A DNA stretch of 64,000 nt from Bdellovibrionales bacterium (GTDB taxonomy: Bacteria; Bdellovibrionota; Bdellovibrionia; Bdellovibrionales; UBA1609): NCBI GenBank assembly GCA_965199935.1, contig CBDATD010000001.1, positions 491,097-555,096 on the forward strand, written 5' to 3'. The notes under the pieces are model-generated. The model saw only the letters and a program-made list of their open reading frames with translations, did no database searches and was not told the DNA's origin. Shown here piece by piece: positions 57,423-64,000 of the stretch. Both the position numbers and the translations under genes were made by a program. Within the stretch, counting starts at the first letter, position 1, and every line of letters starts with the position of its first letter.

Positions 57423-60400
57423 CTACAAACCAGGCAGTTCGGGAGGGAGGGATGCTTTGAGATTTTTAAATACCTTCCAAATATTGTGAAAAGATTGTGC
57501 ATTATGTTCAATATATTCGGACACTGGACCATTTTTTGAGTCAAAGTTCAACACTTCCATTGGATGAATAGGTTGAATCACGCTTAAAACAGAATTTGGA
57601 TAAAGACGATCATACTCCACAGACAATACAGCAATTTGTTTTTGAATTTTAAGAATCTCCGCCTCTACTTCTGCCAGCCGAAGGGACTTAGCCCGCAATA
57701 TAAAATACTGAGTATCTTCACCAATGCTGAAATTAAAATTAGGAATATGGCCGTAAAGGTTGATTGCAGATTGTTGTAAATTAACACCCATCTCTCCCTC
57801 AACTAAAATGCCAATCAGTTCTTCTGTTAATTCCCGGTGTCTCTGCTTCCATGCGTTGAACAGCTTTTCACGTTTCTGCACTAAATTCTGAATGTCTTCT
57901 CTCAAGAAAATCTGATGAAATTTTTCCTGCACTTCCATGAAAGTCAAATCTGCTTGTTCTTCCAGAAGGGGGAAAATAGCTTCGTACATTAAATCCGTCA
58001 GCTCATAGGTGGTTTTTTCTAAGGGAGCGTAATATTTGCTGTGAAATTCATCATATTTTTGAGCCATAGATGCTGGAGGATTTTCAACAGCATCTTTAAA
58101 AACATCACGAACCAAATGTATATCATGATCAATACTTTTCAAACCTTTCAATACCTTTAACAACTGTCTTTGCTCCTTGAATAAGCCCATCATTCTTTGC
58201 TCTAATTCTATTACAGTTTCCACGTTTTCTCTAATTTCATCAATTCTCCTGGAATACTCTTTTATCTGTTCTTCTGTTAATTTTTTTCCATTATGCAGAT
58301 TTTCTGAAAAATGATATAAATCAGGTGTATGCCTTCCATCAATAAAGTAAGCTATCCTCATATGGTTATTGTAATAACCTATAATTTCCTCTCTAATATT
58401 TCCGGGAATAAAACTATCTTGAAGAACCTGATGAATATCCCCATCGCCTTGAAACACTTGATGCATAAGACTTTTCCTGCCGTAAGAAGGCCCTTTTTTC
58501 AAAGGATAATATCTTTTACTCCAAATTTCTTCAGCTGAAATTTCATCTGAAAGAATTCCTTTTAAAATTTGTTGATTCTCTAAGCCGGAAAAATACTGAT
58601 CTCTTTCATTTTGATTAAAAAAAGGATGGTTAGGAAAATCTTTGCTAAATTCTAACAAAGAAGACGCCGTTGTTGCTTTTTTTAAAACCTGAATAATATT
58701 ATCAACCAAATTAATCGGAGTATGTTCAATAACGAGATCCCTAACAGCAGGATAAACGTCCTTTCTCAACTCAGCATTCTTCAACATATCTATAATTTGA
58801 TTCTGAATATCTTTAGGCAGTTGAAACCACTGCAAAACAGAGACGGCATCTTCTAATGGAAGGTCAGGGTGATTAATCTGCCGCTTCAATTTAGCTATAA
58901 AATAAGAATCTAATGTCACTGGAGGCACAGAATGCTCTTTGATAATAGAAAGAGCCTGTTTCATTATTTTTGAGATAGATTTTCCTTTTATCAAAGCAGA
59001 TAAATCTTTATTCATCTCTTCATATTGTACAAACTGAGACAGTTGATCACTGTAAGATTTTAAAGTCGGCAAATACTGTTTGCGAAACTCTTTTAATGAT
59101 AGAACAGAAAAATTATCTAAAATTCTAAACAGAATCCTCTGAGGGTCATATATGCGCAGAATGTTTCTTATGTCCTGTACGATCTTATCATTGACCCACT
59201 TTGGCTGATTTTCATTATTGTACCGTCTTAGGAGATCTAATATGTGAGTACGAACAGTAGGAGGAAAAGTAAATATTGAATACTCAGGCACTGGCACTTC
59301 GAGATCAAAAGGAAACACATCAAAATCCTTTGGAAGACCTTTATTATTTCGAATGCTTTCCACAATATTTGAGATAGAAGAGCTGTCTTTATCAGGCTCC
59401 CGAAAATATCTGTATAATATCTTTTTAGAAAGTTGTTTCGCCTCTGCTTTATCCTTGATTTTTTCCAAATCCTTCAAAACAGAGGAAAGAACAGAAGAAA
59501 AACTGACGTGTGATCTTAAATTTCCCAGTGCTGTCTGTAAAGCCGAAACCTCCCTCTGAGATGACGCTAAAACTATTTCCTTCAATAGAGAAATCAAACG
59601 GTTCTCAGGCAGATGCTGTTCATACAGCTTTAAAGCTGATGTATAATCAGATTTCCGAATATTCGCCAAATTTTCCATATGATTCGCATCCCGCATGAGC
59701 CTGCTTCCTGTAAAATGCTTCAACCAGTATCGAGCAGATAAATCATTAAAATAATTTTGTAATATGAAAACTAAAGAGTCGTTTTTTATATCATTGTGAC
59801 CGCCAGTTTTTGATTTCTTCAATAAATCCTTTGGTGTTGTACCTAATTTTTCTGCTATAAACCGCACAATTGACTCTATATCTAAGGGAGAATCAACGTC
59901 TTTAGAGTACTGATACCTGTTCAATAAATGTTTCACTTCTACCAGCATATTTGTCATTTTATCAACTCTCTGATCAAAATACTGCACTTCCACATTTGGC
60001 AGGGAATCAAAGTATTTGTGGAAAAAATCTTCCATTCCCAAATATACAAGAGGGTCATGCTTTCCTACCATCATCAGAGTATGAATCAAATTTTTCTGCT
60101 GTTGTTTGGGAACAAATTGATTCATTTGAGCTATAATAAGTCCAAGAAAAAATTCTCCCAACGGGCTTATTTTTCCAACAACATCAGTCCATACTTTACC
60201 TTCCCCTGAATCAGACAGCTTTTCGGACATCTGTCTGGCTGTATTCTGACTTTTGATAAAATTTCTTATTTTTTCTAAAAGAGGTTTTCCAGGGGAAGGA
60301 TCTAAAACAGGAGGAGAGGCTGTAATAACTCCCTTCAATGAGGGATGAAAAAAATCAGTTTTTCCATTATATTTGCCTGTCATTCTCATAAGCTCATCAG

Positions 60401-61145
60401 TAAACACAGCTCCAAAACTGTGACCATAAATAAAAAGAGGGACATTTGTTGGGATGTATTTCCTCGTAAAAGCCCCTAAAGAAAGAACTTCATCTTGAAT
60501 ACTGCCAAATATTTTTCGAGATCCTTCTGCGTGCATAGGAAGATCTATAGCAACACTTTCTATTCCATACTTCTCAAGATGCGTTAAACTGGGGGCAAAA
60601 GTTACACTGCTTGTCGTGCGCGTTCCCCCTCCATGCAGATAAAGGACAGCCGCCTTAGCATCAGAGCTGACCAGCCATTTTTTATTCCAACGCCTTATGC
60701 GGTCTCTAATGCTATTGACTCCAAACAAAACATTCGTAGAAATGTGAACTCCTTTATAGGTGTAATGAGCTCTTGCTACCACAGCCTCTCCCCACTCCTG
60801 TAGTCGAACAAAGTAAGGATGTGTGCTGAATTCCTCCCGGTGGTTGATGGGAAAAACTCCTTCTGGAACAAGAGCCTGTAAGAGAGAAGGAAACTCCGTA
60901 TTCTGAAGATTCCATTTAAGCTCCAACTCCTGATCCCTTTTAAAATCCAAATGATCAGAGTGAAAATCCCCATATTTAACTATAGAGGCTTTGATCTGCG
61001 CTTCATACCGCGTGCCTGTTATAAAACTGCCCTCACAAAGGTCACTGGAAACAGAAAAAAAACTAAAAAACAATACAAAAGCTAGAATACCTGTTCTGCA
61101 AATCTTCCCAGCGGTTGATAAGGTTTGAATATCCTTTGCCGTCAT
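57423..61145 (-). CDS. Large exported alpha/beta-hydrolase-domain protein with a roughly 850-aa uncharacterised helical region
   Basis: The ATG at 61145 has a GGAGA SD (the ORF is open to TTG at 61187). An N-terminal hydrophobic segment is followed by LYLHGGG and the nucleophile elbow GHSFG. I do not recognise the remainder. Confidence 0.7.
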   Translation of the reverse strand: MTAKDIQTLSTAGKICRTGILAFVLFFSFFSVSSDLCEGSFITGTRYEAQIKASIVKYGDFHSDHLDFKRDQELELKWNLQNTEFPSLLQALVPEGVFPINHREEFSTHPYFVRLQEWGEAVVARAHYTYKGVHISTNVLFGVNSIRDRIRRWNKKWLVSSDAKAAVLYLHGGGTRTTSSVTFAPSLTHLEKYGIESVAIDLPMHAEGSRKIFGSIQDEVLSLGAFTRKYIPTNVPLFIYGHSFGAVFTDELMRMTGKYNGKTDFFHPSLKGVITASPPVLDPSPGKPLLEKIRNFIKSQNTARQMSEKLSDSGEGKVWTDVVGKISPLGEFFLGLIIAQMNQFVPKQQQKNLIHTLMMVGKHDPLVYLGMEDFFHKYFDSLPNVEVQYFDQRVDKMTNMLVEVKHLLNRYQYSKDVDSPLDIESIVRFIAEKLGTTPKDLLKKSKTGGHNDIKNDSLVFILQNYFNDLSARYWLKHFTGSRLMRDANHMENLANIRKSDYTSALKLYEQHLPENRLISLLKEIVLASSQREVSALQTALGNLRSHVSFSSVLSSVLKDLEKIKDKAEAKQLSKKILYRYFREPDKDSSSISNIVESIRNNKGLPKDFDVFPFDLEVPVPEYSIFTFPPTVRTHILDLLRRYNNENQPKWVNDKIVQDIRNILRIYDPQRILFRILDNFSVLSLKEFRKQYLPTLKSYSDQLSQFVQYEEMNKDLSALIKGKSISKIMKQALSIIKEHSVPPVTLDSYFIAKLKRQINHPDLPLEDAVSVLQWFQLPKDIQNQIIDMLKNAELRKDVYPAVRDLVIEHTPINLVDNIIQVLKKATTASSLLEFSKDFPNHPFFNQNERDQYFSGLENQQILKGILSDEISAEEIWSKRYYPLKKGPSYGRKSLMHQVFQGDGDIHQVLQDSFIPGNIREEIIGYYNNHMRIAYFIDGRHTPDLYHFSENLHNGKKLTEEQIKEYSRRIDEIRENVETVIELEQRMMGLFKEQRQLLKVLKGLKSIDHDIHLVRDVFKDAVENPPASMAQKYDEFHSKYYAPLEKTTYELTDLMYEAIFPLLEEQADLTFMEVQEKFHQIFLREDIQNLVQKREKLFNAWKQRHRELTEELIGILVEGEMGVNLQQSAINLYGHIPNFNFSIGEDTQYFILRAKSLRLAEVEAEILKIQKQIAVLSVEYDRLYPNSVLSVIQPIHPMEVLNFDSKNGPVSEYIEHNAQSFHNIWKVFKNLKASLPPELPGL

Positions 61146-61507
61146 GTACTTTCTCCACACAAAGTATAAGTCACAGAGTGATAGCAAAGATCAAATTTCC
61201 TTTCAAGATATACTTTTAGACAGACTTCTTTCTCACGAGTGTTCACAAAAACATTATGTGATTTCAAATGATATTCCAGCATAAAAAATAAATAGTGAAA
61301 ATTTTACACACTCTAACCTTGAACTATTTAAGATTTCTACAGATTTATCAAAAGCTTTCAAAGTGTGGAGGAAGGGGATTCACCCACATCCCGTTCGCTC
61401 CAGTGCAGGCTCACTTCAAGCTCTAAGAAAAACATCCCCTTGCTTCTCTGTGAAACCTGCTTTCACAGATTACATGGATACATCCTTCATTTCGAACCCA
61501 CCATGAT

Positions 61508-61545
61508 AAAAAAGTATGAAACCTTCGGCCTCATACCTTTTTATT
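61508..61545. terminator. Bidirectional intrinsic terminator-like hairpin
   Basis: A6 - GTATGA..CC-TTC-GG..TCATAC - CTTTTTATT. There is a T-run on both strands. It lies immediately downstream of tRNA-Ser(GCT). Confidence 0.5.
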
Positions 61546-61548
61546 CTG

Positions 61549-61637
61549 CGGAGGGAGGGGGATTCGAACCCCCGGTATGGTTTTACCCATACAGTTGTTT
61601 AGCAAACAACCGGTTTCAGCCGCTCACCCATCCCTCC
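61549..61637 (-). tRNA. tRNA-Ser (anticodon GCT)
   Basis: 89 nt with acceptor GGAGGGA/TCCCTCC, anticodon loop TTGCTAA, a long variable arm and T-arm GGGGGTTCGAATCCCCC. Confidence 0.95.
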
Positions 61638-61797
61638 TTAATGAACTTCTTCTTATAATATAAATTATAAACTTAATCACTTAAAAAAAGACCCGCCCTT
61701 CATCCGCATCTTTAATGATGAAAAAAAAGAGAAAATAAAATTTAAGGAAGTAAATCCTTGATTTTTCCTACCGTTTTCAACAAGTATTAGGAAAGAA

Positions 61798-61871
61798 GTA
61801 CCCGTAGCTCAACTGGATAGAGTACCTGACTACGGATCAGGAGGTTGTAGGTTCAAATCCTACCGGGTACG
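61798..61871 (+). tRNA. tRNA-Arg (anticodon ACG)
   Basis: 74 nt with acceptor GTACCCG/CGGGTAC, anticodon loop CTACGGA and T-arm GTAGGTTCAAATCCTAC. Confidence 0.95.
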
Positions 61872-62001
61872 CGTGTGTAAAGAGGTCAAAAAACCTTTTC
61901 TCTGCCTCCATACAAAAAAACACTCTCTCAAAGACTTCATCCCTTTTGAGAGCAGGAGGCTTTTCATGCACTCAAAACCAGATTTCAAATACAATAGGAA
62001 A

Positions 62002-62853
62002 TTATATAGGAGTAACACCATGGCAGTATATCCCATTATTCTTTTCAGAGATTTTCATTGCATTATTTCTGCCGCATAAAAAAACAGAATCATGGTCATC
62101 ATTAAAGGGATCGTTGCAATGCTCTAAATATCCAGCTCCGTTGATTCTCCATGCATCAAGATCATTTGCATTTGATCCAAAATTTTTTGGGTCTAAAATA
62201 TCACCCACCGCATAAGCTATAAATCTTTTGTAATATTTATCGTTATTTTCCGGATAGGAATCATATTCTGGTCTAAGTTTTTCTGTTGCGGAGTCACAAT
62301 AATAGGTGCTTCCAGCATACTCAGGCACATGATCCTCAGAACTGCCGCCGCCGCAATAATGATCTGGAATATAATAGCGGATTGAACTTATATCCGTATA
62401 AGAAAGCCCGCTAGGCAGAGTATTGCCCCATTTATTTTTAAACCAGCACTCTTTTCTTCCATCATCTTCAGTGTCTCCACAAAGCTCATAGTAGTTATTC
62501 AAAAAATTCCCTCCAAATGGGGTGGCACAAGGATTTTTCTTGTAATCTACTGAACGGATCCAAAAACCTACGTTGTACAGCATATAGCCTTTTGGAAACA
62601 TCTTGCCTTCTAAGTCAAAAGTGTATGTATTATGTTCTAGAAAATGAGTTTTTTCCATATTGTACAAATGTCCTAGTTGAGTTTTAGCTCCTCTTGTGAG
62701 TGATTTTGCTTTTGATTTATTGTACTGGGTGACGGAAAACACAGAAAGAATAGAAATGAGAGCTGACGCGCTTAATATCTCAATTAAAGAAAGCCCCCTC
62801 TGACCTGCAAAGCGGACTCTTTGGCTCTTTGGCTCTTTGGCTCTTCCAATCAT
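62002..62853 (-). CDS. Type IV (IVb-like) prepilin
   Basis: A 20-aa basic leader MIGRAKEPKSQRVRFAGQRG is followed by the cleavage/methylation motif LSLIEIL (Glu at +5) and a hydrophobic helix. The Cys-containing globular part is about 260 aa. Confidence 0.75.
   Translation of the reverse strand: MIGRAKEPKSQRVRFAGQRGLSLIEILSASALISILSVFSVTQYNKSKAKSLTRGAKTQLGHLYNMEKTHFLEHNTYTFDLEGKMFPKGYMLYNVGFWIRSVDYKKNPCATPFGGNFLNNYYELCGDTEDDGRKECWFKNKWGNTLPSGLSYTDISSIRYYIPDHYCGGGSSEDHVPEYAGSTYYCDSATEKLRPEYDSYPENNDKYYKRFIAYAVGDILDPKNFGSNANDLDAWRINGAGYLEHCNDPFNDDHDSVFLCGRNNAMKISEKNNGIYCHGVTPI
62817..62845 (-). repeat. Octanucleotide repeat, 3 full units plus 5 nt, inside the pilin leader coding region
   Basis: On the plus strand, CTCTTTGG occurs three times and is followed by CTCTT. 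On the coding strand this reads AGAGCCAA x3 and encodes AKEPKSQR. Confidence 0.95.
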
Positions 62854-62862
62854 CTAGGAGAG

Positions 62863-62871
62863 ATTCTATCA
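62863..62871 (-). promoter_or_regulatory. Extended -10 element TGATAGAAT, 9 nt upstream of the pilin ATG
   Basis: This is the reverse complement of ATTCTATCA at 62863-62871. TTGAAT lies 18 nt further upstream. There is no SD before the ATG at 62853. Confidence 0.55.
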
Positions 62872-63042
62872 TATACAGGAGTAAAAATTCAACTCAAAGC
62901 GGTAATAGTCCCAAAAGAAAACACTATCTCTAAAAAAGAAACAAAACAGCCTAAGCGCCGAACAAGACTCACAGCAACTCAGGCAAGTGATTCAGAAAAG
63001 AGAATTAAAACTCTGTTAAGAAACACTGCACGTGAACCAAAA

Positions 63043-63567
63043 CTAACTATCTGCTTGTTGATCTGCTATATTTTTATTGGCATTTGGAAGCTTCGGCAAA
63101 TCCCCCTCTTCCAACATATTATGGGATGAAACAGACGCCGCATTCACAATACGCTCCTCCAAAGAACCTGCCGGCTTCCTTACCACAGAATCCTCTGCAG
63201 TCCGAGGTGTTTGCGAAGAAGAAATATTGGAAGAAGGCTTAAAAAGCCCTAATTCTGCAAGAAAATTAGACAGACTCCCGTCTCCTTTCATAATAATATT
63301 TTTCAAAATATCCAAAGGAACCGAACAAGAAGAGCGTTTTTCAGCACCAAAAATAATTTGAGTGAACGTAGAGTTGGTAATATCGTCTTTTGTCTCATTA
63401 TCAATAACACGAACTTCTTCATTATTTTTAATCATTTTCGCAATGTCATTGAGTACAACATAAGAACTTTGCTCTGTATCGTAAAGTTTTCTATTTCCGT
63501 ACCTCTTAATAATCTTTGGCTGATTTGCTGTCTTCTGCGATTTATTGACAATAAAATCTTGATTCAC
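63043..63567 (-). CDS. phaR: PHA synthesis repressor PhaR-like regulator
   Basis: The N-terminal DNA-binding signature is IIKRYGNRKLYDTEQSSYVVLNDIAKMI. Confidence 0.8.
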   Translation of the reverse strand: MNQDFIVNKSQKTANQPKIIKRYGNRKLYDTEQSSYVVLNDIAKMIKNNEEVRVIDNETKDDITNSTFTQIIFGAEKRSSCSVPLDILKNIIMKGDGSLSNFLAELGLFKPSSNISSSQTPRTAEDSVVRKPAGSLEERIVNAASVSSHNMLEEGDLPKLPNANKNIADQQADS

Positions 63568-64000
63568 TTCCTACCCCCTTTTGAAATGGAGGATCATCGT
63601 GACCCCAAGCAACACCCCATCCATGTGTGCATAAACAATGGGACCTACTCTAGTGATGATTGAAAGATTCTGTCAATACTTCATTAAACATTTTTTTTCA
63701 CATAGCAGATGAAAGGCGAGTGAAACTTCTATCTCATTGGTCCACAGTTGACTCACGATGGGATAAAAATACAATCGTTTTAGTGAATTAAGTCACAAAA
63801 CAAATAAAGATACTTTAAATACTGCATCTAGACTTTCCGCCGAAATATCCCTTTCAAAAGAAGAAAATTCAAATCAAAAATCTTCTTTTTTTTGTCAAGT
63901 GTTTTGATGAAAAAATATTTTTCGAGTGTCGGACTCAAAAACATCAAGCTCCTTAACATTATTTCCGATTTATGGATTAATGGCATATAACAGTAAACAT

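Noticed and set aside
61365-61658. 97-aa ORF on the plus strand.
   Set aside because: It runs straight through tRNA-Ser(GCU) and a terminator hairpin, so it is not credible as a CDS.
62821-63129. 102-aa plus-strand ORF starting inside the octamer repeat.
   Set aside because: It has a TTG start and no SD, and it overlaps the pilin 5' end and the phaR 3' end in antisense. It is most likely spurious.

Overview
This is an AT-rich (about one-third G+C by eye), gene-dense bacterial chromosomal window, and most of it is core housekeeping. Recognised genes:
- ctaA-lpdA and sucA-sucB (2-oxoglutarate dehydrogenase), nrdB, lgt and nnr.
- A coupled valS-ftsW-murG string, lon, grpE plus a J-protein, tatA/B-tatC, asnS and RNase G.
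- rplU-rpmA followed by an Obg N-domain-only ORF and a nadD-rsfS fusion.
- A roughly 9-kb co-directional rho-prfA-prmC-murA-TPR-serS array, gatCAB, ligA and phaR.
- Four tRNAs: Asn-GUU, Ser-UGA, Ser-GCU and Arg-ACG.

The gene content (Lgt and lipoproteins, Tat, a type IV pilin, an LpoA-like lipoprotein, a Bd0055-type histone-fold protein) suggests a low-GC Bdellovibrionota/Oligoflexia-like Gram-negative. That placement is inference only. I recognised no rRNA, CRISPR array, transposase or integrase.

Non-core material:
1. A roughly 3.1-kb islet between tRNA-Ser(UGA) and serS. It holds small secreted and membrane ORFs behind duplicated promoter cassettes carrying AGTGTAA/TTACACT palindromes, an XRE gene with an in-frame TAA, and an inverted copy of that gene's 3' end.
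2. A RES-like toxin ORF translationally coupled to an unrecognised downstream partner.
3. Two simple-sequence repeats placed where they could cause phase variation: (CAAT)12 in a promoter and an 8-nt repeat in a pilin leader.
4. A 1240-aa exported alpha/beta-hydrolase with a long uncharacterised region.
5. An orphan beta-class adenine methyltransferase.
6. G+C-rich, hairpin-dense intergenic elements.

All calls come from reading the sequence and the ORF translations. No database search was possible.
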